Below are positions 8,360 to 18,621 of a DNA stretch of 64,000 nucleotides, in pieces. A model generated the notes under the pieces. The model was not told the origin of the DNA. It searched no databases and saw only the letters and a list, made by a program, of their open reading frames with translations. This DNA is from Acidimicrobiia bacterium. Lineage in GTDB: Bacteria; Actinomycetota; Acidimicrobiia; Actinomarinales; Actinomarinaceae. Both the position numbers and the translations under genes were made by a program. The stretch lies in the NCBI GenBank assembly GCA_028376655.1, contig JAONAZ010000003.1, forward strand, positions 18,109 to 82,108. Reading direction: 5' to 3'. How positions within the stretch are numbered: the first letter of the stretch is position 1; each line of letters begins with the position of its first letter.

Positions 8360-9042
8360 TGTTTCCAGGTATAGGTACATTAATTAATGGTGTTGGTGTT
8401 TTAGCTGTAGGTCTACTATCAAGATTATTTTTTAAAAAAAGTGTCAAAAATTTTGAAGAAAATTTACTCCCATTAGGATTACTTGTTCTAGCTTTAGGTG
8501 TTAGAGAGTCTTTAAAAAGTCCTGATTTCATATTCACTTTATTTGCCGTAATTGTAGGTGCATTGATTGGCAACTATTTACAAATAGAGACTCAAATCAA
8601 AAAATTTGGTGACTATCTCTATAACAGATTTGAGGATTCTGGATTAGATCAAGGTAAATTTATTGATAGTTACCTATCAACGACGCTAATAGTAATTACA
8701 GGTCCTCTGGCAATAATTGGACCATTTTTTGATGTGGTTGAATCTAATTTAGAACTTCTTTTAATTAAGACTGCTTTAGATTGTTTTTTAGTAATTTTTA
8801 TTACCTCTAGTGGTGGCAAAGGTGCAGTCTATTCTGGAGTTTCAATATTACTTTACCAAGGCTTCTTTACTCTTTGTGCTGTTCTTGTAAATACAAATAT
8901 AGATCAGGTTGTGTCTGATTCTATTGCAGGTATTGGAGGTATTCTTTTAATCGGAGTTGGAATTAATTTACTAGGTTTAAAAAAGATTCCTGTTGGAAAC
9001 TACATGCTGAGTTTATTTATTCCTTTTCTCTTAGCATTGTAA
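8359..9042 (+). CDS. DUF554 family membrane protein
   Basis: The 227 aa multi-TM ORF has an N-terminus (GIGTLINGVGVLAVGLLS) that resembles DUF554/YdfK-like proteins. Confidence 0.6.
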   Translation: MFPGIGTLINGVGVLAVGLLSRLFFKKSVKNFEENLLPLGLLVLALGVRESLKSPDFIFTLFAVIVGALIGNYLQIETQIKKFGDYLYNRFEDSGLDQGKFIDSYLSTTLIVITGPLAIIGPFFDVVESNLELLLIKTALDCFLVIFITSSGGKGAVYSGVSILLYQGFFTLCAVLVNTNIDQVVSDSIAGIGGILLIGVGINLLGLKKIPVGNYMLSLFIPFLLAL

Positions 9043-9679
9043 AAGTTCTTGTTGCTCCTTCAACTCCTTCAAAGAGTTCTTCGAGTTTTAAAGATTCTTC
9101 TTCAAAAGAACCTGTAATAAAATGTGGCTTTTGAATGTTAAATGATCTGTTTTTAAAATCAATTTCTATAGGAACATATGGAATATTCATATCTTTTGCA
9201 ATATAGTAAAACCCACTTCTAAATTGTGAAACTGCATAGGTTCCCCCTTCAGGTGTCAAAACTAAAACAAAGTTTTCTAGTTTTGAAAATTCTTCTATAG
9301 CACTTCTAATGTGCCCTTTAGCTTCTGTTCTATATACGGGTATGCCACCTAGATTGACCAGCATTTTTTTCTGTAACCAACCCAATGGCCATGGTATTCC
9401 TAGTCGATCAAGATTTTTTGAAAAAGTAATTGGACTTGGTAATCTTGTAAATACCCACTTTGCTCCAAAGAAATTTACTTTTAAATCTAAAGCGAGAACT
9501 GTAAGTAATCCATACCATGCATCTCTCATAGCTGTATGAGGTACACCTACTAGAACCATCCTCTTGTAATTTGGTATTTCACCATTTACATCCCACTTTG
9601 AAATTTTTAATATAAATCTTCCAGTGGGTCCTAGAACTTTTCTCTTCTTTTCGACTACATTCTGTGGAAGTGCATTCAT
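9017..9679 (-). CDS. PlsC-family lysophospholipid/glycerol acyltransferase
   Basis: The 220 aa ORF has the HxxxxD catalytic motif (PHTAMRD) and a second acyltransferase block (LTPEGG). Confidence 0.62.
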   Translation of the reverse strand: MNALPQNVVEKKRKVLGPTGRFILKISKWDVNGEIPNYKRMVLVGVPHTAMRDAWYGLLTVLALDLKVNFFGAKWVFTRLPSPITFSKNLDRLGIPWPLGWLQKKMLVNLGGIPVYRTEAKGHIRSAIEEFSKLENFVLVLTPEGGTYAVSQFRSGFYYIAKDMNIPYVPIEIDFKNRSFNIQKPHFITGSFEEESLKLEELFEGVEGATRTFTMLREKE

Positions 9680-10662
9680 TTCTGAACCAAATACTTAGCG
9701 ATTTGAACGGCATTGAGTGCTGCTCCTTTTAATAAATTATCAGAAACACACCAGAAATTAATAATTTTTGGACTTGATAAACCTCTTCTTAGCCTTGATA
9801 CAAGAACATCAGTATTGTTTTCAGCATCTAGTGGCGTAGCTAGTGTTTCTGCCCAATACTGTACTCCTTCAAAACTATTCAATTCAATTATTGCTCTTTC
9901 CGTATCTATATCTTCTTCAAACACTGCAGAACAGAACACTCCATGGCCAGTTATTACCCCTACCCTTGCATTCGAGGGTTCGACGATTAGTTTAGGAATA
10001 TCTAATATTTTTCTTGACTCGTGAACAAATTTCATCTCTTCATCAGAATATTCATTCTCTAATAAATTACCAGCTAAAGGAATGACATTTCTTGCAATTG
10101 GCCTTGGGTAATATCCATTTTTATAATCTGCTAATGAAGTGTGGTCTAAAGACTCTTCCTCCTTCAAAGAATTCACAGCTGCAGTGCCAGAACCCGATAC
10201 AGCTTGGTATGCAACAGGTGTCATACTAACTAAGTTAAATGTATCATGTAAAGGCTTTAAAGCCATCACAAGTCCCATTGTCGTACAATTGGGATTTGCA
10301 ATTAACTTAGAAGACGAAGTAATCTCATTTTGGTTAATTCCGTAAACAACAAGTGGAACATCTTCTTGTAGTCGAAATGCTGAAGAGTTATCAATCACAT
10401 ATGACCCTTGAGATATAAAATTTTCAGCAAATGCTTTTGACCTAACTCCACCAGCTGAAAATAAAGCCATATCATATTTTCCAATATTTTCAGACTTCAA
10501 TTCTTTAATTACTACATCCTGATTGTTAATTTTTAAAGTCTTTCCTGCAGATTTATTTGATGCAAATAAATGAAATTCAATATCATTTGGAAGAAGTCGT
10601 TCACATTGTTTAATGATGTTTCTACCGACAAGTCCAGTAGCACCTACAATTGCTATTTTCAT
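9676..10662 (-). CDS. asd: Aspartate-semialdehyde dehydrogenase
   Basis: The 328 aa ORF has the Rossmann N-terminus MKIAIVGATGLVG and the active-site block NPNCTT. It lies directly downstream of ask, as in the actinobacterial ask-asd operon. Confidence 0.9.
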   Translation of the reverse strand: MKIAIVGATGLVGRNIIKQCERLLPNDIEFHLFASNKSAGKTLKINNQDVVIKELKSENIGKYDMALFSAGGVRSKAFAENFISQGSYVIDNSSAFRLQEDVPLVVYGINQNEITSSSKLIANPNCTTMGLVMALKPLHDTFNLVSMTPVAYQAVSGSGTAAVNSLKEEESLDHTSLADYKNGYYPRPIARNVIPLAGNLLENEYSDEEMKFVHESRKILDIPKLIVEPSNARVGVITGHGVFCSAVFEEDIDTERAIIELNSFEGVQYWAETLATPLDAENNTDVLVSRLRRGLSSPKIINFWCVSDNLLKGAALNAVQIAKYLVQK

Positions 10663-11880
10663 TTACTCTATAATAAATTCATCATGCAAAACTTCAATAG
10701 CTTTTTGCATATCATTTTTTGAAATTACACAAGATATTCGTATTGGGGAGGTTGAAATCATCCCTATATTAATTTTATTGGAACCGAGTATTTTAAACAT
10801 TTTTGAGGCAACACCAGATTCCGATTTCATTCCAGCACCAATAATAGAAACTCTTGCAATGTTTTCATCTTTATCAGAACCTTCAGCCTTCAAATCGCTT
10901 GTAAGATTTGAAAGTATATTCATGACTTCATCTTGTTGTTCTTCAGGAGCTGTAAAGCTTATATCTGTTTTTGAATCTTTAGAAACATTTTGAACAATCA
11001 TGTCAACATTGACGCCTTTATCTGAGAGGTGACCAAAAACACTTCCAGCAATTCCTGGTTGATCGGGTACACCAAATAATGTAAATTTAATTTCTTTGTC
11101 ATTGTGGGTAACTCCACTGACTATTGCTTGTTCCATTACTTTTTCCTTAACTGTCGTTCCCACACCTTCACTGAAGGTTGGTTTTACGATTATAGGTACA
11201 TTATACCTTCTACCAAATTCAACTGACCTAGCCATTAATACTCTGGCTCCTGTGGATGCCATCTCCAACATCTCATCATATGTTATTTCCTTTAACAGCT
11301 TGGCTTTATCGGTAATCCTTGGATCTGCAGAAAAGATACCCTCAACATCTGTATAAATTTCACATTTTTCAGCGCCTAAAGATGCTGCAAGAGCAACCGC
11401 AGTTGCATCAGAACCACCTCTACCTAAAGTTGTTATTTCTCTGGTGTCTGGATTAAATCCCTGAAATCCAGCAACAATAACAATGTTTCCTTTTTCTAAA
11501 CCTTCTTTTACTCTTTCTCCAGATATTTTTTCAATTTCGGCTCTTCCGTGACGTGAAGTGGTAAGAATCCCAGCTTGAGAACCTGTTAATGAAAAAGAAT
11601 CGTAACCAAGACTGTTTAAATGCATTGCAAGAAGTGACATTGTTATTCTCTCACCAGCTGAAAGAAGCATATCCATTTCTCTTGGTGATGGGCTCTCTGA
11701 AAGCTGACTAGCAAGAGCTATTAACTCATCTGTACTCGATCCCATTGCAGAGACAACTACCACGACTTGCTTGTCATCTTTTTTTGCACTAATTATTTTT
11801 TTCGCAACAATTTTAAGCGACTCTGGATTCGCTACGCTTGTCCCTCCATACTTTTGTACTATTAAACTCATTGGAAACAT
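10663..11880 (-). CDS. lysC: Aspartate kinase (alpha subunit ORF; nested beta-subunit start likely at 11136)
   Basis: The 405 aa ORF has the VQKYGGTSV N-terminus and C-terminal ACT domains. The true start may be the second Met at 11871. Confidence 0.92.
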   Translation of the reverse strand: MFPMSLIVQKYGGTSVANPESLKIVAKKIISAKKDDKQVVVVVSAMGSSTDELIALASQLSESPSPREMDMLLSAGERITMSLLAMHLNSLGYDSFSLTGSQAGILTTSRHGRAEIEKISGERVKEGLEKGNIVIVAGFQGFNPDTREITTLGRGGSDATAVALAASLGAEKCEIYTDVEGIFSADPRITDKAKLLKEITYDEMLEMASTGARVLMARSVEFGRRYNVPIIVKPTFSEGVGTTVKEKVMEQAIVSGVTHNDKEIKFTLFGVPDQPGIAGSVFGHLSDKGVNVDMIVQNVSKDSKTDISFTAPEEQQDEVMNILSNLTSDLKAEGSDKDENIARVSIIGAGMKSESGVASKMFKILGSNKINIGMISTSPIRISCVISKNDMQKAIEVLHDEFIIE

Positions 11881-11928
11881 TCTAATGAACTATTTAAAGA
11901 TATAACAGACCTAGTACTCTAGTTTGTA

Positions 11929-12807
11929 ATGAGTATTGACTTACATCTACATTCTGAAAACTCTGATGGAACGGAGAGTCCAGAAAGTATTATTGAAAGA
12001 GCTATTGAAATACAACTTGAAGCCATCTCTATTACAGACCATGAGTATCTTACAAAAGTACCTAGCAATCATGATATTGAGATTATTAAGGGTGTCGAAG
12101 TAAGTGTTTCGTGGGAAAAATTAGATAAATCTAATCCGTATGCGGGAATACATTTACTTCTTTATTTTGTGGAAGAAAAATCACCAATTGATTCTTTTTT
12201 AGAAAACATAAGAGCTTTAAAAAATACTAGAAATATGGAAATTATTGAAAATCTACAAAATGAAGGCCTTGAGATTAATCAATCTGAACTGGACTCCTTT
12301 AAAACTAAAGTACCTGGAAGGCCCCATATTGCAAGTATCTTGAAAGATAAAGGGCATGTTAGTTCTATAAATGAAGCATTTGTTAAGTATCTTGGTAATG
12401 GGAAAATTGGTGATTCACGAAGCCATCAACCTGATATCAAGAAAGTTATCGATCTTTCAAAAGAATCTAGATGTCTTGTATTTTTAGCACACCCACATAC
12501 GTTGATGAGTAATGATAAATATTCAAAAAAACAAAACTGGGTGAATGAATCATTTTATGGACTTATTGAAGAGCTCACTGGGTTTGGTATAAATGGTTTA
12601 GAGACTACTTACTCAAGTTATAGCAAAAATATATCCAGTCAGATTTCAGAAATTTCAAATAAATTAAATCTACTGGAATGTGGTGGCTCTGATTATCATG
12701 GTGATATAAAACCAAATATAAATTTAGGATTTGGATATGAAAACACTCCAATTAAAGTCCCCTACAAATTCTTGAATGACATGAAAGAAAAACATGGGCA
12801 ACTCTAG
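11929..12807 (+). CDS. PHP-domain metal-dependent phosphoesterase (TrpH/YciV-like)
   Basis: The 292 aa ORF has the IDLHLHSENSDG N-terminal His motif and the later HPH and GGSDYHG blocks of the PHP family. Confidence 0.75.
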   Translation: MSIDLHLHSENSDGTESPESIIERAIEIQLEAISITDHEYLTKVPSNHDIEIIKGVEVSVSWEKLDKSNPYAGIHLLLYFVEEKSPIDSFLENIRALKNTRNMEIIENLQNEGLEINQSELDSFKTKVPGRPHIASILKDKGHVSSINEAFVKYLGNGKIGDSRSHQPDIKKVIDLSKESRCLVFLAHPHTLMSNDKYSKKQNWVNESFYGLIEELTGFGINGLETTYSSYSKNISSQISEISNKLNLLECGGSDYHGDIKPNINLGFGYENTPIKVPYKFLNDMKEKHGQL

Positions 12808-14290
12808 AAAATTACTTGGTTCAATATCTTTAATTACAATATCTTATTTAATGAGTCGTATTCTCGGTTTCTTTAGAGAAATTCTTCTTGCCAGGTGGAC
12901 TGGAGTTACTGGTGCTTCAGATACATTAGATTTAGCTTTTATTATTCCTGACTTCTTATTTTATTTATCAGCAGGTGGATATCTGGCGATTACTTTAATA
13001 CCTATCCTTAGTGATTTATCAAAAAATAAAAAAAACGAGCTCAACGACTACTTTGTCTCACTTCTATATGGATTGTCACTTATATTTATATTGATTTCTT
13101 TTCTTTTCTTTCTTTTTAGATATCAAATTGTGAATCTTTTGAGTGTTAGTGATCCAGATTTATTCGTAAAGTTATTTACGCCTATTGTCTTCAGTCAAGC
13201 TTTTTTCTTTATTGGTGCTATTTTAATGTCATTTCAGTATTTTAAAAATGACTTTAAGTATGCTGCAATAGCTCCTGTTGTGTATAACTTATCAATTATT
13301 TTGTTTGGTTGGCTTAACTCAAGCTCACCTGAGTCGACAGTTTATGGATTTGCTATCGGGGGTTTAATCGGTTCAGTTATTGGACATCTTTTAATCCAAC
13401 TCCTAGGAGCAAAAAATAATGGTCTAGTGTTTAAATTTCTGAAACCAAGACTTGAACATGTTTTACAATACCTAAGAATATCTCTTCCATTAATTGTTGG
13501 CCAATCTATTGCCGTTGTAGATGAGCAATTATTTAGATACTTTGGCTCACTTTTAAGTACGGGTTCAATTGCTTCTTTTAGGTATGCAAGAAGAGTAGCT
13601 TTAATTCCAGTAGGTGTCGTAGCACAAGCAGTGGGTGTAGCAAGCTATCCAACTTTATCTAATTTATTCGTAGAAAATAAATTAGAGGAGTTCAAACTAC
13701 TGGTAAGAAAACAGTTGTCAGCTTTGGCTGCTATAAATACAGGGGTTCTAATTGTTTTTTTAACGAATTCAGAAAATATCATTGAAATTATTTATCAAAG
13801 AGGGATGTTTACCGCTGAAGATACTGTCAGAGTTTCATCAATTTTTATGGTTGTTACTTTTGGTATAATTCCGTGGTCTCTTAATCAAATTATCACTCGA
13901 TCTTATTATGTACAAAAAAATTACTGGTTTCCAGTTTGGATTGGAACTTCTGTTACCTTTATTACAATTTTAATCTTACATCTACTCAGCAATCCCTCTG
14001 AAGGAAGCTATGCACTGGTCATCATCTCTTCACTTTGGATTAATACATTGGTTTTATCTATCTTCCTTAAAATTAGAAATGAGCGACTCATTAATAGGTT
14101 TCAAATTTTAGATTTTTTGAAAATACTTATGATAGGTTTAGTGACATATTATTTAAGTGTCACATTAAAGCTCTATTCTGGAAATCCATTGCTTGAGTTG
14201 TTATATGATACATTTTTTATCTTTATAGTTATATTGATGTCTCTCTTTGTCGTTAAAATGAAATATATTAATTTGAAAAGGACCAACTGA
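12794..14290 (+). CDS. murJ: Lipid II flippase MurJ/MviN family
   Basis: The 498 aa ORF has about 14 TM segments and the N-terminal MSRILGFFREILLARWTG pattern typical of MurJ. Confidence 0.8.
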   Translation: MGNSRKLLGSISLITISYLMSRILGFFREILLARWTGVTGASDTLDLAFIIPDFLFYLSAGGYLAITLIPILSDLSKNKKNELNDYFVSLLYGLSLIFILISFLFFLFRYQIVNLLSVSDPDLFVKLFTPIVFSQAFFFIGAILMSFQYFKNDFKYAAIAPVVYNLSIILFGWLNSSSPESTVYGFAIGGLIGSVIGHLLIQLLGAKNNGLVFKFLKPRLEHVLQYLRISLPLIVGQSIAVVDEQLFRYFGSLLSTGSIASFRYARRVALIPVGVVAQAVGVASYPTLSNLFVENKLEEFKLLVRKQLSALAAINTGVLIVFLTNSENIIEIIYQRGMFTAEDTVRVSSIFMVVTFGIIPWSLNQIITRSYYVQKNYWFPVWIGTSVTFITILILHLLSNPSEGSYALVIISSLWINTLVLSIFLKIRNERLINRFQILDFLKILMIGLVTYYLSVTLKLYSGNPLLELLYDTFFIFIVILMSLFVVKMKYINLKRTN

Positions 14291-14631
14291 TGCAAAAATT
14301 TCCACTAAAAAAAGGGCTTTCAAGTGTTGAAAGTCTCCATGAAGAAATTAATGAGTACATAGATGTATTAATGGGTCATATTAATCCACCTATACCTGAT
14401 GGTATAGATACATTATTTGAAGTTAGTAGCACATATTTAGCAAGGGCTAAAGAAATTGAAATAAAACTTCTTGAAAGAGAAAGAAGTGGATCAATTACTG
14501 CTGGAGATGACCTAAAAAAATTTAGAACAGGTGAATTAAGAAGTTTTATAGAACTGTGTAAAAGTGGGCAAAATCAGGGTTCAAGAAGAATTACAGTTGC
14601 TCTCAGTGAGTTAAATCTAAAAGAAAGTTAA
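14290..14631 (+). CDS. Hypothetical soluble helical protein
   Basis: The 113 aa ORF has a start that overlaps the murJ stop (ATGA-type coupling). I recognise no family. Confidence 0.4.
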   Translation: MQKFPLKKGLSSVESLHEEINEYIDVLMGHINPPIPDGIDTLFEVSSTYLARAKEIEIKLLERERSGSITAGDDLKKFRTGELRSFIELCKSGQNQGSRRITVALSELNLKES

Positions 14632-16163
14632 GTTAAATCCTTAACGTCAAAAATTTCCTGAGCAACACTCAAGCCTTTTTCTTTATTATTAATTTTTGTT
14701 TTTACACTAAGCGTAATTTTAACAACAATTTCTAAACCCATCATTTTTGCTATCATAGAAGTAAGTAAATCAATAATTTCATGAGATTTCTTTAATTCCT
14801 CAAATAAAAATTCATTTTCTTTATCAACAATTAAATTTATTATATTTTCTTCCTCTACTTCAGCACTAACTGCTGTTATATAAGAAAATTTTCTTGGTGT
14901 TAATTCTTTTTTCATCTCTTCAAGAATTTTTGGCCAGAATACATCGAAATTTCCAAGAGATTCTTTCTTAGAGGTAACGTTCTTTTTTTTAGTATTTTTT
15001 GATGTACTCGTAACTGGTATGATTTGTTCTTTTTGTAGGTCAGTCTCTTGAGTTATTTTAGGAGAAGGTTCTTCGTTTGAAAATCGTCCTTCAAGTAGGT
15101 CTACTCTGTAGCTAATAGTTTTTACATCAGTTCCTAATTCTGGCTTGATAACTTTCATTAAAAACAATTCAAGCTTTAAATGCTGTGATGTACTATTAGA
15201 TAGGTTGTGATTAATATTATCTATTAAGTCGAGTATTCGAATTAATTGTTTTGCGTTTATTTTCTTATCAGCTACTTCAAGCAGGCCTTTAATATTTGGA
15301 GTTAAATTTTCTAATTTGGTATCGCTAGGCAGATATTTTAGATAAAACATATTTCTAAAAAATTCAGAAATTGAATCCATTATGTCTCTTGGCTGTAATC
15401 CTTTTTTATATGCATCTCTTAGCACTGTAAGAACCGCTGCAGTATCTTGTGTTTCAATTGAGTTGACAATTGTCTCAAATTCTTTGGTGCTTAATTTTCC
15501 AAGTATTCCGTATAGATCATCAACTGTTGATTTTTTTCCAAATGTATTAAAAGTTTGCTCAAAAAGATTTATTCCATCTCTCAGAGATCCGTCAGAAAAT
15601 GTAGCAATTGTATTTAAAACTTCTACATCAAGTATCATTTTTTCTTTTTTTCCAATTTTCTCAAGTGTTTTAACTATTTCAACTTCAGATATTTTTTTAA
15701 ATACAATATGTGTAGTTCTACTTTTTACAGTTTCGAGTACTCTTTCAGGTTCAGTTGTAGCAAGAATAAAAATTATATGCTCTGGTGGCTCTTCTAAAGT
15801 TTTTAGAAAAGCATTTGAAGCTGCATTTGAAAGCATATGTACTTCATCAAGAATATAAACTCGTTTTTGGCCAGGACTACTAGCAATAAAATTTACGCTT
15901 TCGTTCATATCCCTAATGTCATCGACTTTATTATTTGAAGCGGCATCGATCTCAGTAATATCAAATATTGGATCGCATCCAAGCTGAGTTGCAATAATTC
16001 TTGCTAGGGAAGTTTTTCCAACACCTCTTGGCCCTGAAAATAGATAAGCATGACCTAAATTATTATTTTTAATTTGTTGAGATATTAAAGATACAGCTTC
16101 TTCTTGGCCCACTAGTTCAGTGAGCTTCTCTGGTCTATATTTTCTGTATAGTGCTTGTTGCAT
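14628..16163 (-). CDS. dnaX: DNA polymerase III subunit gamma/tau
   Basis: The 511 aa ORF has the AAA+ clamp-loader motifs GPRGVGKTS and ILDEVHMLS and the SRT sensor block (VKSRT). Confidence 0.9.
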   Translation of the reverse strand: MQQALYRKYRPEKLTELVGQEEAVSLISQQIKNNNLGHAYLFSGPRGVGKTSLARIIATQLGCDPIFDITEIDAASNNKVDDIRDMNESVNFIASSPGQKRVYILDEVHMLSNAASNAFLKTLEEPPEHIIFILATTEPERVLETVKSRTTHIVFKKISEVEIVKTLEKIGKKEKMILDVEVLNTIATFSDGSLRDGINLFEQTFNTFGKKSTVDDLYGILGKLSTKEFETIVNSIETQDTAAVLTVLRDAYKKGLQPRDIMDSISEFFRNMFYLKYLPSDTKLENLTPNIKGLLEVADKKINAKQLIRILDLIDNINHNLSNSTSQHLKLELFLMKVIKPELGTDVKTISYRVDLLEGRFSNEEPSPKITQETDLQKEQIIPVTSTSKNTKKKNVTSKKESLGNFDVFWPKILEEMKKELTPRKFSYITAVSAEVEEENIINLIVDKENEFLFEELKKSHEIIDLLTSMIAKMMGLEIVVKITLSVKTKINNKEKGLSVAQEIFDVKDLT

Positions 16164-16171
16164 ATTATTAA

Positions 16172-16768
16172 ATGGTAATAGATTTCCTTTCTATAATGCA
16201 CCAAAGAATTAAACTTAATCAAATGAGAATTGGTGTAGATTTAGATGGCGTAGTTGCTGATTTTACAAAAGGCTGGACTACACAATACGCATTAGACTTT
16301 GGTAAAGAAATCTCAGAGGATGAAATTACAGATTGGGGTCTATCACAACCTTTAACCCACTTTGAAAAAGACTTGGATTTTTGGAACTGGGCTATGGATA
16401 TAAATGGCTCTTCAATATTTAGACATTTAGAACTATATAGAGATTCTCAGGAAACTTTAATGGAGCTATCAAAAATTGGTCACGAAATAGTTATTATTTC
16501 ATCAAAACCTTGGTGGTCAATTCATGACACCCTTATTTGGCTTGGTGAAAATAAAATTCCAACAAAAGAAGTTCATTTTATTGAAGACAAGTGGACAATA
16601 AAATGTGATGTATATCTCGATGATGCACCTCATCAATTAGAAAATTTTGTAGAAAAAGTTCCAGATAAAACAATAATTAGGTTCGAAAGACCTTACAACT
16701 CTCAACTTAGTGGAACCTACACTATTAAAGACTGGGCTGATTTAATTCCTTTGTTAAATAACTTATAG
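16172..16768 (+). CDS. HAD-superfamily 5'(3')-deoxyribonucleotidase (NT5C-like)
   Basis: The 198 aa ORF has the HAD motif I DLDGV (RIGVDLDGVVADF). The likely true start is the Met at 16223. Confidence 0.62.
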   Translation: MVIDFLSIMHQRIKLNQMRIGVDLDGVVADFTKGWTTQYALDFGKEISEDEITDWGLSQPLTHFEKDLDFWNWAMDINGSSIFRHLELYRDSQETLMELSKIGHEIVIISSKPWWSIHDTLIWLGENKIPTKEVHFIEDKWTIKCDVYLDDAPHQLENFVEKVPDKTIIRFERPYNSQLSGTYTIKDWADLIPLLNNL

Positions 16769-16784
16769 CGTTTAAGGTAAAACT

Positions 16785-17765
16785 ATGAACGATTCATTTA
16801 TTCTTAGAGATCGTAAATGGAGAGAAACAAATGAGCGAGTGACTCTCTCCTCAACTGCTGCATTATCTGAAAAAACTCTAGGAAGAGGTCGAGATGAAGA
16901 ACCAGACATGTTTAGAACAGCTTATGAAAGAGATCGCGATCGCATAATCCACTCCAAAGCTTTTAGAAGGTTAAAGCATAAAACACAAGTTTTTATTAAT
17001 CCTGACGGAGATCACTTTATAACAAGAATGACTCACACTTTACAAGTTACTCAGGTAGGTAGGTCTATTGCTAAAACAATGGGTTTGAACTCTGACTTAA
17101 CAGAAGCTATATGCATGGGCCATGACGTTGGACACTCACCCTTTGGTCATACTGGAGAAGATGCATTAGATAAAATTCATCCAAATGGATGGAGTCACTC
17201 TGAAAATTCTGTAAAAGTTTTGGATAGGATTGAAAACCTTAATCTATCCCTTGAAACTCTTGACGGAATACATAAACATCCCTGGAAATATGAAGAAAAA
17301 CCCATAACTCAAGAAGGAATGATTTGTAGGTTTGCAGATCGTATAGCTTATCTTACTCATGATGTAGAAGATGCAATTAGAGCAGAAGTTTTAAACCCCA
17401 AAGATATCCCATCCTCAATTGTTAAAGAGCTAGGTCCCCCAGGGAAAACGTGGATTAACAGCCTAATTTCAGGAATTTTTAAAGCTTCATCAAGCGGTCA
17501 GGTACAAATGGATAGTGCTATTGCTGGAAATATGCAGGATTTACGAGATTTTATGTTCGAAAAAGTATATTTAAGAAAAGGAACAGAAAATCAAAGAGCC
17601 GAATATCAGAATATTGTCATAAGTCTTGTTGAGTATTTTACTAAACATTCCGAGAACTTACCTCAGGCCTATAAACAAGAGCAGTCAGATGTGGAAAATG
17701 CTATTGATTATGTTGCAGGTATGACAGATAGATTTGCATTATCATCTTATGAGAAAATTAGGTGA
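16785..17765 (+). CDS. dGTP triphosphohydrolase-like HD-domain protein
   Basis: The 326 aa ORF has DRDRIIHSKAFRRLKHKTQVF, TRMTHTLQV and the HD residues GHDVGHSPFGH typical of the Dgt-like family. Confidence 0.85.
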   Translation: MNDSFILRDRKWRETNERVTLSSTAALSEKTLGRGRDEEPDMFRTAYERDRDRIIHSKAFRRLKHKTQVFINPDGDHFITRMTHTLQVTQVGRSIAKTMGLNSDLTEAICMGHDVGHSPFGHTGEDALDKIHPNGWSHSENSVKVLDRIENLNLSLETLDGIHKHPWKYEEKPITQEGMICRFADRIAYLTHDVEDAIRAEVLNPKDIPSSIVKELGPPGKTWINSLISGIFKASSSGQVQMDSAIAGNMQDLRDFMFEKVYLRKGTENQRAEYQNIVISLVEYFTKHSENLPQAYKQEQSDVENAIDYVAGMTDRFALSSYEKIR

Positions 17766-18621
17766 AATCCGGGTCTCTCTTTTCAAAGAATGCAGTTACT
17801 CCCTCTTTAAGGTCTTCGGATATTAAATAAGAAGTATTCCACATACGAACATAATCAAGTGCCTGTTCTGTTGAGAGGTCTTCCCCTTTGTTGAGGACAT
17901 CTTTTGTTCCAGAGACAATATGCCTTGAGTTTTTAGCAATTTCTTCTGCAAGTATTATTCCGGCTTCATACAATTCTTCAACACTATCATAAACTGCATT
18001 AACAAATCGTATTTTATCTGCATGAATTCCATCAAAATGTCTTCCTGTGAATGCAAGTTCTCTTACATCTCCTTTAGAAACTATGTTTGGCATTCTTTGT
18101 AAAATGCCCACATCAGCAACTAAACCTAATTTTGTTTCTCCAATTGAAAATTTTGCATCTTTAGTAGAAAGACGAATATCACAAGCAGAAATCATGCTTG
18201 TGGCCCCACCTAGACAGAAACCATGTGCAAGTGCGATAACAGGAATCTTAGAATTAGCTATTACTGTAAAAGCAGTTTGCATATCATCTATTACCTTCAT
18301 TGTTTTTCTCCTATCATCTGCAGTAGAAGATAGATTTTCATTTAAACTCATATCACCCATAAAAGTTGCAATATCTATGCCCGCTGAAAATGAGTCCCCC
18401 TTACCAAGTAAGAGAATGCACTTAGCTTCTTCATTATCATTTATTTCTTTGATTAAGGCTGGAATACCAAACCATATATCAAAATCCATTGCATTCTTTT
18501 TTTCTGGTCTATTTAGCCAGATATAGGCAACTTCGTTATGAATTTCTTTCATTAACTTTTGTTCCATACATCTAATCTTAGTAAGATATTTGGATGGATG
18601 TATTTGAAGCGCTCTACACAA
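17758..18621 (-). CDS. Enoyl-CoA hydratase/isomerase (crotonase) family protein
   Basis: The 287 aa ORF has the WLNRPEKKNAM, FSAGIDI and GFCLGGA crotonase blocks. The likely true start is the Met at 18567, which removes the overlap with the next gene. Confidence 0.8.
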   Translation of the reverse strand: MCRALQIHPSKYLTKIRCMEQKLMKEIHNEVAYIWLNRPEKKNAMDFDIWFGIPALIKEINDNEEAKCILLLGKGDSFSAGIDIATFMGDMSLNENLSSTADDRRKTMKVIDDMQTAFTVIANSKIPVIALAHGFCLGGATSMISACDIRLSTKDAKFSIGETKLGLVADVGILQRMPNIVSKGDVRELAFTGRHFDGIHADKIRFVNAVYDSVEELYEAGIILAEEIAKNSRHIVSGTKDVLNKGEDLSTEQALDYVRMWNTSYLISEDLKEGVTAFFEKRDPDFT

